A stretch of DNA of 64,000 bases from Eubacteriales bacterium (GCA_045543955.1 JAZPYB010000011.1:373-64372), one strand, 5' to 3'; counted from the first letter of the stretch, positions 50,082-62,016 are shown. Notes: a model not told the origin generated them from the sequence alone. A program made the numbers and translations.

Positions 50082-50439
50082 ATCCTCGCTTGAACACATC
50101 AAAAGTATGTTCGACTCAAATACTATAACCGGCACACCTATAGACCTCAAAAACGGCTCTTTTGCCATCCCTGTGTCTAAAATCAACATTGGTGTTGCAA
50201 GCGGTGGAGTCGATTATTTTGGAAAAAACTCCATAAACCACACCAATTTTGGTGGTGGTGGAGGAACAGGTATTTCAATAGAACCTATTGGATTTCTAGT
50301 TGCACGCGAAAATGGCTCTGTTGACCTGCTTGATTTTTCCAAATCCCCAAAAGATATTTCAACCCATTTTTTTGAATTTATTGAACACTCCCCCGAGCTT
50401 TTTGAGAAATTTAAGTCTTTACTTGATGGTTCAAAATGA
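50050..50439 (+). CDS. ytfJ: GerW/YtfJ family sporulation protein
   Basis: 129 aa. Motifs GTPIDLKNGSFAIPVSKINIGVASGG and GGGGGTGISIEPIGFLV. Confidence 0.7.
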   Translation: MEQSKQSELIKSSLEHIKSMFDSNTITGTPIDLKNGSFAIPVSKINIGVASGGVDYFGKNSINHTNFGGGGGTGISIEPIGFLVARENGSVDLLDFSKSPKDISTHFFEFIEHSPELFEKFKSLLDGSK

Positions 50440-50512
50440 TATTTTGAAAAAATTTACACCTTATATATTTTAATTTTGCACATAATAATTAAAAAGCTTT
50501 TAAGGAGCCATT

Positions 50513-51616
50513 ATGTGCAAGAAAATTTTGTTTTTTTTAAACCTTTTTTTAATTTTCACTTTATTCTCCTCATTGGCCTATGGAATAAATGTTTCAGCCA
50601 ATGGTGCTCTGCTTTTGGAGCCTACCTCAGGAGATATAGTCTATCAAAAAAATGCGAATCAAAAAATGCCAATGGCAAGCACTACTAAGATTATGACTGC
50701 CATTGTTGCTATTGAGAATAACCAAATTGATACTTTAGTTAAAATTCCAAAGGAAGCTACCTCTATTGAAGGCTCAAGCATATATTTAAAGGAAGGCGAG
50801 GTCTTTACTATCCGTGAGCTTTTATATGCGCTTTTATTGGAGAGCGCAAATGATTCAGCGGTAGCCCTTGCTTATATTACAGCCGGGGGAGTGGATGAAT
50901 TTGCCACTTTAATGAACGAAAAGGCAGACGAGCTTGGACTTGCAAACACTCATTTTGCTAATCCTCATGGTCTAGATGATGACAACCACTACACTACTCC
51001 TTATGATCTTGCAAAGCTTTCCTCATATGCTATGTCAAATCCTGTATTTTCAGAAATCGTTTCTACTTTTAAATTTACAATTGGACGCCATAACGGAGAT
51101 AATGGTTTACGCTATCTTGTTAACCACAATAAGCTATTAAGGTCTTACGATGGTGCTATTGGTGTGAAAACAGGTTTTACTAAAAAGAGTGGTCGATGCT
51201 TGGCTTCTTGTGCTGAGAAAGATGGCGTTCGCTTAATTTGCGTTACATTAAACGCTCCGTGCGATTGGAATGACCACAGAACACTTCTTGACTATGGATT
51301 TACTCAATATGAATCCTTCAGTTTAGCAGATGAGCTAGATTATATAATTGAATTCGATGTTAAAAACGGCGAAGCAAACACATTATATGCAACTAATCTT
51401 GATTCTTTAATGATTACGCTTCCTAAAGGAGAAAAGAACATCAGTGCAAAAATCATATGTAACGATGCTCTCTTTGCTCCTATAACCGAAGGAGATTTGG
51501 TTGGAAAAATTATCTTTTATAATTACGAAGATGAAATTGCAACTTTAAATTTGTATGCTACAAATACTATCAAAAATATAAATAAAAAATCACTGTTTGA
51601 AAGACTATTTAAATAA
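50513..51616 (+). CDS. D-alanyl-D-alanine carboxypeptidase (S11 serine peptidase, PBP5-type)
   Basis: 367 aa with a signal peptide. Motifs SxxK (ASTTKIM), SxN (ESAND) and KTG (KTGFT). Synteny with scpAB resembles Bacillus dacB. Confidence 0.85.
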   Translation: MCKKILFFLNLFLIFTLFSSLAYGINVSANGALLLEPTSGDIVYQKNANQKMPMASTTKIMTAIVAIENNQIDTLVKIPKEATSIEGSSIYLKEGEVFTIRELLYALLLESANDSAVALAYITAGGVDEFATLMNEKADELGLANTHFANPHGLDDDNHYTTPYDLAKLSSYAMSNPVFSEIVSTFKFTIGRHNGDNGLRYLVNHNKLLRSYDGAIGVKTGFTKKSGRCLASCAEKDGVRLICVTLNAPCDWNDHRTLLDYGFTQYESFSLADELDYIIEFDVKNGEANTLYATNLDSLMITLPKGEKNISAKIICNDALFAPITEGDLVGKIIFYNYEDEIATLNLYATNTIKNINKKSLFERLFK

Positions 51617-52344
51617 TGGAAAAAATTAGACTACAAAAATTCTTTACCGATATGGGTATTATGTCGCGAAGAGCCAGCGAAAAGGTAATTATTGCTGGAA
51701 ATGTAAAAATCAACGGAAAAACAGCTCAACTAGGCGACAAGGTTGATCCAGAAAACGATACCGTTGTTTATAATGGCAAGGTAATAAAGCCAAAGAGCGA
51801 AAAAAAGCACTATATTATGTTAAATAAGCCTCTTGGGTATGTAACTACCTCAAGCGATGAAAAAGGTAGAGAAACTGTTTTATCGCTTGTTTCCGATCTG
51901 GGAGAGCGTGTTTATCCAGTTGGGCGACTCGATATGTACTCAGAGGGATTGCTAATACTAACAAATGATGGCGAATTAACCAATAGGCTTACCCATCCAA
52001 AGCATCATATGCAAAAGGTGTACAGTGTAATTATAAAGGGAGAAATCTCTCCCGACACCTTACATAAATTAAACTCTCCAATGGAAATTGATGGATACAA
52101 GCTAAAGCCTGTCAAGGTCAGGGTTGTATCAATGAAGAACGGAAATACCAACGCTCTATTCACTCTTTCCGAGGGCAGAAATCGTCAAATACGTAAGATG
52201 TGCGAGCAGGTTGGTCTTATAATTATGCGTCTAACACGCATTTCTATTGGCAAGCTCAAGCTTGGAGAGCTTGAAAGAGGTAAGTATAGGGAACTTACCG
52301 ATAGCGAAATTGCTTACTTAAAGGGCGAAAAAGACAATATATAA
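51616..52344 (+). CDS. rluB: rRNA pseudouridine synthase, RsuA/RluB family
   Basis: 242 aa. N-terminal S4 domain and catalytic motif GRLDMYSEGLLILTNDG. Confidence 0.85.
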   Translation: MEKIRLQKFFTDMGIMSRRASEKVIIAGNVKINGKTAQLGDKVDPENDTVVYNGKVIKPKSEKKHYIMLNKPLGYVTTSSDEKGRETVLSLVSDLGERVYPVGRLDMYSEGLLILTNDGELTNRLTHPKHHMQKVYSVIIKGEISPDTLHKLNSPMEIDGYKLKPVKVRVVSMKNGNTNALFTLSEGRNRQIRKMCEQVGLIIMRLTRISIGKLKLGELERGKYRELTDSEIAYLKGEKDNI

Positions 52345-52358
52345 ACAAGGAGAAAAAT

Positions 52359-52733
52359 ATGCTAACTGTATTACCCATTCAATCAAAGGACGAGCAAAAA
52401 GAATTATGCATTAAATGTGGAATTGAATTTGATATAGAATCATTTGCCTATCGCGCTGATGATGGTGACTTTATTGGTGTTTGTCAATTTAATTTCAAGG
52501 ATGGTATTGGCTACATAAAGAATCTTGCATATGCACCAAGCATGGACGATACAGAGGCTATGATTATAATGCTACGCGCAACTATGAGCTTTATGCATAG
52601 ATGTGGGTTAGAAACTTCTGTGCTTTGTCCTAATTGTATGCCAGAAAGCTTAATAAATATGTCTGGTTATATAAAAGATGAAAACGGCATATATTCTGTA
52701 GATTTACAAAAATTTTATGGACACTGCCATTAA
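52359..52733 (+). CDS. Hypothetical small Cys/His-rich protein
   Basis: 124 aa ORF with an AAGGAGA RBS. No motif recognised. Confidence 0.5.
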   Translation: MLTVLPIQSKDEQKELCIKCGIEFDIESFAYRADDGDFIGVCQFNFKDGIGYIKNLAYAPSMDDTEAMIIMLRATMSFMHRCGLETSVLCPNCMPESLINMSGYIKDENGIYSVDLQKFYGHCH

Positions 52734-52763
52734 TAAAAAAAGCACTTCTTTAGTGCTTTTTTT
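52734..52763 (+). terminator. Intrinsic terminator after the rluB operon
   Basis: A8-AGCACT-tcttt-AGTGCT-T7. Confidence 0.85.
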
Positions 52764-52828
52764 ATTTGTTTATAAATTATTATTTGTTCATATGTTAATA
52801 TATGAATATATTAAAATGGATTGAATAC

Positions 52829-52857
52829 AAAAAACGGGCACAGAAAACTGTGTCCGT
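52829..52857 (-). terminator. Intrinsic terminator after groEL
   Basis: ACGGGCACAG-aaaa-CTGTGTCCGT with an A6/T6 flank. Confidence 0.7.
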
Positions 52858-52889
52858 TCCTTTATTCATAAGGTCTTTGAGTATTATGA

Positions 52890-54820
<1,931 letters not shown>

Positions 54821-54850
54821 TTTATCTTACCTCCACTAAATTTGTCGATT

Positions 54851-54877
54851 TTAGCACTCTTTTGTTCTAAGTGCTAA
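54851..54877. promoter_or_regulatory. CIRCE operator (HrcA binding site) upstream of groES
   Basis: TTAGCACTC-N9-AAGTGCTAA, compared with consensus TTAGCACTC-N9-GAGTGCTAA (one mismatch). Confidence 0.9.
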
Positions 54878-54886
54878 TCAAGGTAT

Positions 54887-54915
54887 ATTCTACCCTCTAT
54901 TATAGCAAAAATCAA
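54887..54915 (-). promoter_or_regulatory. Sigma-A promoter for groES-groEL
   Basis: Minus strand reads TTGATT-17 nt-TAGAAT, ending 9 nt before CIRCE. Confidence 0.55.
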
Positions 54916-55015
54916 GGGTTATAGAACATTGTTCACAAAATGTTAACAATTGTTCAAAAATCCAGTAATTATATGGCTTTTTTAAGAATATATTTACCTA
55001 AAACGAGGTGATAAT

Positions 55016-56281
55016 TTGGAAAAAATCAACGGAATTATTTGTGGTATGATTTTACCAATCTTTCTTATTTTTGCAGGAATATTTTTTCTTTTCAGGCTTA
55101 AATTTTTTTACATTTTGAAGCCATTCAAGGTTTTAAAAAGCATTATTTCATCCCGTGGTGGTTTTTCTTCTCTTTGCGTTGCTCTAGCCGGAACTCTTGG
55201 CATTGGAAACATCATTGGCGTTGCAAGTGCAATATCAATGGGTGGATACGGCAGTGTTTTTTGGATGTGGATTAGCGCTTTCTTGGCGATGGGGCTTAAA
55301 TATACAGAGGTTTATCTTTCAATAAAAAGCAGAAGAAAATCTGCAGATAAATTCTATGGTGGTGCGCCTTACTATATTTATGACGGAACGAAAACGAAGC
55401 TAGGCTCAAATATAGCTTTTATTTTTGGAGGGATTTTCGCGTTACTTTGTGCTCTAAATTCATTTTCAACAGGAAACTTAGTTCAAGTAAATGCAGTATC
55501 AACTCTTTTGCCAATTAACCCCCTGATATTTGGTATTCTTTTCTCTTTTTTGGGCTTTTTAGTGGTTATGAATGGAATAAAAAGAATATCTAAATTTAAC
55601 TCCATATTAATACCTTTGCTAAGCGCTTTTTACATTCTACTTTGCTTAATTATTTTGATAAAGAACATTAGATTGCTTCCAAATGCGTTTCAACAAATAT
55701 TTATATCAGCTTTTTCTTTGCGACCAATGGTATCTGGCACATTTGGATTTACAGTCGCACAAGCAATACGATATGGCACTAGCCGAGGGCTACTATCAAA
55801 CGAAGCTGGCTGTGGCACCTCCCCTTGTGCTCATGCGTCATCAAATGCAGAAAGCGCTCACAGTCAGGGCTGTTTAGGCATTTTCGAGGTGTTTTTCGAT
55901 ACGTTTGTGCTTTGCACCTTAACCTCTCTTGTGATAATTGTTTCCTCGCCAAAATCAGCCTTATCTTCACTTGAATTAGTTCTTTCATCTTTCGAACTAA
56001 ACCTAGGCAATTTCGGCAAATGGGGAGTTATCATATCATGTATTCTATTCGCTTTTGCAACTATTTGTACACAATATTATTACGGAATTGAATCTCTAAA
56101 TTTTATTTCAAAACACAAAAGGGCTCGCATTATATTTACTATGTTATTTTTTTCAATTACTATAATTGGGGCAATAATTCCTATGACACTTATGTGGCAA
56201 ATTTCTGATTTAGTCCTAGCTATTATGACAATCTATAATTTGATTTTTCTCCTATACTTAAATAAAAAGGTCGCAATTTAA
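55016..56281 (+). CDS. Alanine/glycine:cation symporter (AGCS) family transporter
   Basis: 421 aa, multi-TM. AGCS-like motifs GNIIGVASAISMGGYGSVFWMW and GGAPYYI. TTG start after GAGGTGA. Confidence 0.75.
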   Translation: MEKINGIICGMILPIFLIFAGIFFLFRLKFFYILKPFKVLKSIISSRGGFSSLCVALAGTLGIGNIIGVASAISMGGYGSVFWMWISAFLAMGLKYTEVYLSIKSRRKSADKFYGGAPYYIYDGTKTKLGSNIAFIFGGIFALLCALNSFSTGNLVQVNAVSTLLPINPLIFGILFSFLGFLVVMNGIKRISKFNSILIPLLSAFYILLCLIILIKNIRLLPNAFQQIFISAFSLRPMVSGTFGFTVAQAIRYGTSRGLLSNEAGCGTSPCAHASSNAESAHSQGCLGIFEVFFDTFVLCTLTSLVIIVSSPKSALSSLELVLSSFELNLGNFGKWGVIISCILFAFATICTQYYYGIESLNFISKHKRARIIFTMLFFSITIIGAIIPMTLMWQISDLVLAIMTIYNLIFLLYLNKKVAI

Positions 56282-56293
56282 TGCGACCTTTTT
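56264..56293. terminator. Bidirectional terminator between the AGCS gene and folD
   Basis: A5-AGGTCGCA-atttaa-TGCGACCT-T5. The AGCS stop codon lies inside the hairpin. Confidence 0.8.
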
Positions 56294-56296
56294 ATA

Positions 56297-57145
56297 TTAC
56301 AATGTTTGTTTAAATGCAGTTAACGTATTTTGTAGCAGCATTGAAATTGTCATAGGTCCAACACCGCCAGGAACTGGGGTTATGTAGCCGGCAACCTTTT
56401 CACAGCTTTCAAAATCAACATCTCCTGTTAATTTTCCGTCTGCGCGGCGATTCATTCCAACGTCAATAACAACTGCACCCTCTTTTACCATATCTCCTGT
56501 TATAAAATCAGCCTTACCAATAGCCACAACAAGAATATCGGCACGTTTTGTTACCTCTTTTAGATTTTTTGTTCTAGAGTGGCAAATTGTAACTGTGCCA
56601 TTTGCTTGTAAAAGAAGCATTGCTTGTGGCTTACCTACTATGTTACTTCTGCCAATTACAACGCATTCCTTACCTGAAATTTCAACACCTGTTGATTCAA
56701 TAAGCTTCATAACTCCTGCCGGAGTGCATGGAAGAAAACTATGATTTCCTATCATAATTTTTCCTGTGTTCACTGGATGAAAGGCATCGACATCCTTGCT
56801 AGGATCAATTGCCAAAATAACCTTTTCCTCGTCCAAATGCTTTGGTAACGGAAGCTGGCAAAGAATGCCATTTATTTTATCGTCCTTGTTGAGCTTATCT
56901 ATAAGCGATAAAAGTTCATCCATTTGTGTATTTTCTGGCAATCTATATAGCTCAGAATAAAATCCAACCTCGGCGCATCCCTTTTCCTTATTTGCTACGT
57001 AAACCTTGGATGCGGGGTCCTCACCAACTATAATTACAGCAAGACCTGCACGTCTACCATATTTATCAAAAAGCTCCTCTGTCTCTTTTTTTATATTTTC
57101 TCTTACACTAGCAGAAACTAGCTTACCATTAATTATTTGTGCCAT
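56297..57145 (-). CDS. folD: Bifunctional methylenetetrahydrofolate dehydrogenase/cyclohydrolase
   Basis: 282 aa. Motifs ILCQLPLP, GRSNIVGKP and TPVPGGVGPMT. Confidence 0.95.
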   Translation of the reverse strand: MAQIINGKLVSASVRENIKKETEELFDKYGRRAGLAVIIVGEDPASKVYVANKEKGCAEVGFYSELYRLPENTQMDELLSLIDKLNKDDKINGILCQLPLPKHLDEEKVILAIDPSKDVDAFHPVNTGKIMIGNHSFLPCTPAGVMKLIESTGVEISGKECVVIGRSNIVGKPQAMLLLQANGTVTICHSRTKNLKEVTKRADILVVAIGKADFITGDMVKEGAVVIDVGMNRRADGKLTGDVDFESCEKVAGYITPVPGGVGPMTISMLLQNTLTAFKQTL

Positions 57146-58145
57146 TTTTTACCTCTTTGTTTTTCTTAAAACGATTTTTAAAGCTTTCCCAAATATCAAT
57201 GTTTTTCTTTACGAGCACAACTCTACGTGTAATTAAAAATGCCATTAGCAATGTACCGGCCAAAAGTGTTACAACCGCAACAAAAATCGAAACTCGTATA
57301 ACACCCGGGATTAGCCACAAGCTATCTGTCCTTAATCCTTCGATTAGCATTCTTCCAAAGCCATACCACATCATATAGAAAGCAAAGAAAAACCCATCAA
57401 TATGCTTTTCCTTTGAAACCTTTATTATTTTTGTAGCAACAATTAGTGTACCTATCATCAAAGCAACACCTAAAATATTCCATAATGATTCATAAAGGAA
57501 TGTTGGGTGTACACCAACCTCGCCATTTGCGATTTGCTCTGCTGTGAAGTCCTTAAACAAACTTTTAGGAAAATCTGGAGAGCACATTCTCCAAGGCAAT
57601 GTTGTTGCCTCTCCATATGCCTCTGCGTTAAAGAAATTGCCCCATCTACCAAGCGTTTGAGCAAATAAAACGGCAGGAACAGCTATATCAAGGATTTTAA
57701 AGGTGTTCATTTTCTTGATTTTTGAAACAATTAAAATCGTAATGCCACCTGCAATAACGCCACCATAAATAGCAAGTCCACCCTCCCAAACTGCAACTAT
57801 GCTATAAAGGAATCCTATGAAAGAATTAACCTCCTTGCCTCCTATTTGAGTAACATTAAAATAGTTGCTTGGTCTATCTATCATATCAAATATTACATAA
57901 TAAAGACGAGCGCCCACAATTGACATTGGCAAAATCCAAATTGCATAGTCAATTACAGTATCTAGCTTTATCTTGTTTTCATGAAAGCGCCAAAACGCAT
58001 ACCCAACAGCCAACATCATACCAAAAGCAATGATTATAGCATAAAAGTATACTGGAGTATTAAAAATGGTAAAGGCAATCTCGTTCACTTCAAAATCTTC
58101 AATTCCAAGCCCTGGAAATGAAAGTGTGTGTTTTATATCCATCAT
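57129..58145 (-). CDS. lgt: Prolipoprotein diacylglyceryl transferase
   Basis: About 338 aa from the ATGATG after AGGAAGG. Motifs GARLYYV and GRWGNFFNAEAYG. 17-nt overlap with folD. Confidence 0.85.
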   Translation of the reverse strand: MMDIKHTLSFPGLGIEDFEVNEIAFTIFNTPVYFYAIIIAFGMMLAVGYAFWRFHENKIKLDTVIDYAIWILPMSIVGARLYYVIFDMIDRPSNYFNVTQIGGKEVNSFIGFLYSIVAVWEGGLAIYGGVIAGGITILIVSKIKKMNTFKILDIAVPAVLFAQTLGRWGNFFNAEAYGEATTLPWRMCSPDFPKSLFKDFTAEQIANGEVGVHPTFLYESLWNILGVALMIGTLIVATKIIKVSKEKHIDGFFFAFYMMWYGFGRMLIEGLRTDSLWLIPGVIRVSIFVAVVTLLAGTLLMAFLITRRVVLVKKNIDIWESFKNRFKKNKEVKNGTNN

Positions 58146-58163
58146 TATCCTTCCTAGCAAAAT

Positions 58164-59462
58164 TTACGCCTTTTTATTGGGCTCAACTATGCTAATTGCA
58201 TAATATTCTTCCTTAAAGGTATCATTTAATAGCTTTTCAACATATTCAAATGTGATTGAATTTATAATGTCAGGAGTATCTAAAATATCAGCGCCATCAA
58301 AATAGTTGAATATAAAGTTGTTTCCTATATCTTCAACAGAATCAAAGGATTTGATATTAGATGCATAAACCGTTCTTTTAGAAAGCTCAAATGCTTCCTT
58401 ATCAAGTCCTTTTTTCTTTGTTTTTTCAATATATTCAAGGAACTTTTGATATACTAAATCCGGGTTACTCGACTCTGATGAAATAACATTAAATGAATAG
58501 TTTTTGCCTATTTCACAGCCACTAGACAAATCCTGTGCTATCAAGTTTTGTGAATATAGATCATTATAAAATTCTGATGATTGCGAGAATAACATCTCGT
58601 CAAGAATTTCTGTTGCGTATACTTTTTTGGTTCTCTCCTTTGGATCGCTTGGAATGTTTGAATCCTTAATACCTATTGAAAAAAGAGGCTTGGAAACATC
58701 AAGCTGACACACAACCTTTTTTTGATAAACCTCTTTTGGCTCATCTTCATCCTCTGTATCGCGAACAATAGTAAAAGGCTCTGCTTCTTTTAGAACCTTA
58801 TCACATACCTTTTCTATTTCGTCCACATCCACATCTCCGCACACACAAAGTGTCATATTGCGAAGATTATAGAAAATATTATAGCATTTATAAAGAACCT
58901 CAGCAGTAATCTCAGCTATTGACTCAACTGTACCAGCTATATCAATACGCATTTTATTTTTCTTGTAAAGCGCCTTCATAAGCTCTCTATGCATTCTAAC
59001 CCCGGGGTGGTCCTCATACATTTTTATTTCTTGACCGATAATGCCTTGTTCCTTTTGAACGGTTTTCTCAGTGAAATAAGGATGAGTTACAAAATCAAGC
59101 AAAATTTCTAAAGACTCATAAAAATTTTCAGTGCATGAGAAAATATAGCCAGTCAAATTATTGCCAGTAAAGGCATTTGCATTTGCACCTGTTTTTGCAT
59201 ATCTTTCAAATGCATCAACACCATCCTCACACTCGAACATTTTATGCTCTAAAAAGTGTGCTATTCCATCTGGAACTATTGTATATTCCTCATCTGTTAT
59301 ATGCTTGAATTTATTATCAACAGCACCATATCTTGTTGCAAATATAGCATATGATGTTGTCATTTTTTTAGGGAAAACAAAAATCTCAAGTCCGCTTTTA
59401 TGAGTAAAGTTATAGTACTTTTCGCCAAGCATTTTGTTTTCTTTTACAACAATATTACTCAT
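58164..59462 (-). CDS. M16 (pitrilysin) family zinc peptidase, active-site subunit (YmfH-like)
   Basis: 432 aa with the HxxEH motif in GIAHFLEHKMFE. Confidence 0.8.
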   Translation of the reverse strand: MSNIVVKENKMLGEKYYNFTHKSGLEIFVFPKKMTTSYAIFATRYGAVDNKFKHITDEEYTIVPDGIAHFLEHKMFECEDGVDAFERYAKTGANANAFTGNNLTGYIFSCTENFYESLEILLDFVTHPYFTEKTVQKEQGIIGQEIKMYEDHPGVRMHRELMKALYKKNKMRIDIAGTVESIAEITAEVLYKCYNIFYNLRNMTLCVCGDVDVDEIEKVCDKVLKEAEPFTIVRDTEDEDEPKEVYQKKVVCQLDVSKPLFSIGIKDSNIPSDPKERTKKVYATEILDEMLFSQSSEFYNDLYSQNLIAQDLSSGCEIGKNYSFNVISSESSNPDLVYQKFLEYIEKTKKKGLDKEAFELSKRTVYASNIKSFDSVEDIGNNFIFNYFDGADILDTPDIINSITFEYVEKLLNDTFKEEYYAISIVEPNKKA

Positions 59463-60730
59463 TCTGCGTCATCTCCCTTCAAGAAATATACTGTATCAAG
59501 TGTAATCTTATTAGCCACTTCTTTTATGTCTGCAACTGTTGAATTCTCTATTTTATCGCTTTCTAACAATGGTGTTGTTTCAATTCCACACAGTCCTCTA
59601 AAGAACACCCATGACTCCATTGCTTCTGCGCTATCATAAATTGAAAGATAGCCATTTTTGATTGATTTTTTAGCGCTTGAAAATTCTTCCTCAGAGATTT
59701 CTCCATTTTTAATCATTTTAAGCTGATCTAAAATTGCTTTTTCTGCAATTTCCTTGTTTTTAGATTCAATTCCTGAACTAACAAGCATTATTCCGGTTCT
59801 TTGATTTATAATTGATCGGCAGTAATAGCAAAGGCTCATTTTTTCTCTAACATTAGTAAACAGCTTTGCTGTTGGAGATCCACCAAAGACCTCATTAAAG
59901 AGTTGCATTAGATGGTATTTATTTTCTGAATAATGATAGCCAAGTCTAAAGCCCAAAACAAGCTTGCCTTGGTTTACCTTTTCTTTGTCTAAAACCTGCT
60001 TAACCTCTTCGGCTACCATTTTAATCTCAACTGGTTCAACCTCGACTATATTTCTTTCAATGCTATTAAATTTTGATTTGAATGCATCTACAACGGAATT
60101 GATATCAGCCTTTCCAACAAAGTATATTTCGATTCTATCGTTCGAAAGAGCCTCTTTATATGCTTTATAAAGCAATTGGGGATTGATTTTTTCAATATCA
60201 TCTACCTCTCCCATCTTTGATATACCAAAGACCTCGTCCTTGCACATTTCACTCATTAGGCGCTTAATAGCATATTGTCCTTTGTTGTTAACTTCTGCTT
60301 CAATTGTATCAATTAAATTAATCTTCTCACCTTTAGTGAACTCCTCATCAAAAGCACCATCAACAAGATATGGATTAAACACCATCTCGCAAAGAAGATC
60401 AATCATTTCGCTAGTTACATCTGTATCGTTTGTATATCTGTTATTTAGCATATTAGCCTTAAATCCAAAGATTTGGTATTCGCCAAACGAATCGTTTCTT
60501 GCAACAATATCGCCAGAATACAGATATTGTAAACGCTTGTTTATTTCTGCTTGAGATGGGTATTTTTGAGTCGCTCTCATCAAAATCAATGGTATCATTG
60601 CATTAAAATGCACCTTTTCTTTTGATAGTGATGAAAGAAAATTAAATGAAAAATAATTAGTTTTAAATTTATCTGTTTCTATATAATGAAGATTAACTCC
60701 ACTTGCAATATTAAAGGATTTTGTAATCAT
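59459..60730 (-). CDS. M16 family peptidase-like protein lacking HxxEH (YmfF-like partner subunit)
   Basis: 423 aa. M16 fold pattern with no HxxEH motif. 4-nt overlap with the downstream M16 gene. Confidence 0.7.
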   Translation of the reverse strand: MITKSFNIASGVNLHYIETDKFKTNYFSFNFLSSLSKEKVHFNAMIPLILMRATQKYPSQAEINKRLQYLYSGDIVARNDSFGEYQIFGFKANMLNNRYTNDTDVTSEMIDLLCEMVFNPYLVDGAFDEEFTKGEKINLIDTIEAEVNNKGQYAIKRLMSEMCKDEVFGISKMGEVDDIEKINPQLLYKAYKEALSNDRIEIYFVGKADINSVVDAFKSKFNSIERNIVEVEPVEIKMVAEEVKQVLDKEKVNQGKLVLGFRLGYHYSENKYHLMQLFNEVFGGSPTAKLFTNVREKMSLCYYCRSIINQRTGIMLVSSGIESKNKEIAEKAILDQLKMIKNGEISEEEFSSAKKSIKNGYLSIYDSAEAMESWVFFRGLCGIETTPLLESDKIENSTVADIKEVANKITLDTVYFLKGDDAE

Positions 60731-60871
60731 TATTATCTCCTATTTTAAATAGTAGTTTTTCTTAACATTACAATTTTACTACATTATTGATTGTTTTTCA
60801 ATATTTTTCTTTACTTTTAATATTATTTATGATAAAATATAATAACAATAAAAATTATATAGGAGATTAAT

Positions 60872-61951
60872 ATGCAAGAAATAGAAAGAGTTGCTCAAGC
60901 TTATTTTCCAAACGAAAAGCTCATTTCTGTTGCCCCTCTTGGAAACGGACATATCAATTCTACTTTTTTAGTTACAACTGATAGAAACAAATATACCTTG
61001 CAAAAGATAAATACTAATATTTTTAAAAATGTTGATGGTCTTATGGACAATGTTCAGGCTGTTACACATCACATAAGAGACATGGCTCGTAGTGAAGGAC
61101 TAGATCCAGAACGTGCTACTCTTCACTTTATGTTGGCTCCTGATGGCAATAGATACCTCAAATATAACGACGATGTTTATCGTGCTTATATCTATATTGA
61201 TAATGCTTTTACTATTGAAAAAATGGAAAATCCAGATCATTTTTATCAATCAGGTATTGCTTTTGGCAAGTTTGCTAATGATCTATCTAATTTTGATGCA
61301 AGTGTTTTGACTGAAACTATTAAGAATTTCCATAACACTGTTTCAAGATATAATGATTTTGAAAAAGCTGTTTCAGATAACATAACCGGCAGAGCAAACG
61401 ATGTAAAAGAAGAAATTGAGTTTGTAAGAGCCAGAAAAGAGTTTACTCATATGTTCGTTGACAAGCTCAATGAGGGCTCATTGCCTATTCGAGTTACACA
61501 CAATGACACAAAGTTAAATAACGTTCTATTTGATAACGACACAGGCTTGCCAACAACTGTTATTGACCTTGATACTGTTATGCCTGGTTCATATCTATAT
61601 GACTTTGGCGATGCTATGCGCTCAGGCTCTACTCACGCTGCCGAGGACGAAAAGGATTTGAGTCTTGTTGACTTCGACCTTGGTCTTTATGAAGCGTTTA
61701 CAAATGGTTATTTAAGTATGTGCAAGGATTCGCTAACTAAAACTGAAATTGAATTGCTCCCATATGCTTCAATTATGCTAACACTTGAATGTGGTATGCG
61801 TTTTCTTGGCGACCATATAAACGGAGATACTTATTTCAAAATCCACCGTGAGGGACACAATCTTGATAGAGCCAGAACTCAATTCAAGCTTGTTTCTCTA
61901 ATGGAGCAAAATGTTGATGAGATGAGAAAAATCATTGAAAAATATCTATAA
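60872..61951 (+). CDS. nahK: N-acetylhexosamine 1-kinase-like phosphotransferase (NahK/LnpB family)
   Basis: 359 aa. Blocks GNGHINSTFLVTTD, VTHNDTKLNNVLFD, VIDLDTVMPGS and ECGMRFLGD closely match my recollection of Bifidobacterium NahK. Confidence 0.7.
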   Translation: MQEIERVAQAYFPNEKLISVAPLGNGHINSTFLVTTDRNKYTLQKINTNIFKNVDGLMDNVQAVTHHIRDMARSEGLDPERATLHFMLAPDGNRYLKYNDDVYRAYIYIDNAFTIEKMENPDHFYQSGIAFGKFANDLSNFDASVLTETIKNFHNTVSRYNDFEKAVSDNITGRANDVKEEIEFVRARKEFTHMFVDKLNEGSLPIRVTHNDTKLNNVLFDNDTGLPTTVIDLDTVMPGSYLYDFGDAMRSGSTHAAEDEKDLSLVDFDLGLYEAFTNGYLSMCKDSLTKTEIELLPYASIMLTLECGMRFLGDHINGDTYFKIHREGHNLDRARTQFKLVSLMEQNVDEMRKIIEKYL

Positions 61952-61960
61952 TTTAACAAC

Positions 61961-61985
61961 AAGCCTGCATAAAAGCAGGCTTTTT
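61961..61985. terminator. Terminator between nahK-like gene and the convergent ABC operon
   Basis: AAGCCTGC-ataaaa-GCAGGCTT followed by TTT. Confidence 0.8.
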
Positions 61986-62016
61986 ATATTAAAAACAAAT
62001 TTTTAATTTTTCTATG

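Noticed and set aside
50440-50512. Sigma-E-like elements (ATATT ... CATAATAA) upstream of the D,D-carboxypeptidase gene
   Set aside because: The spacer is about 11 nt rather than about 14 nt, so it is probably a chance match in AT-rich DNA.
54878-55015. Possible glycine riboswitch upstream of the alanine/glycine symporter gene
   Set aside because: The region is AT-rich and lacks the conserved GGAGAG...CACCG / CUCUGGAGAG elements.
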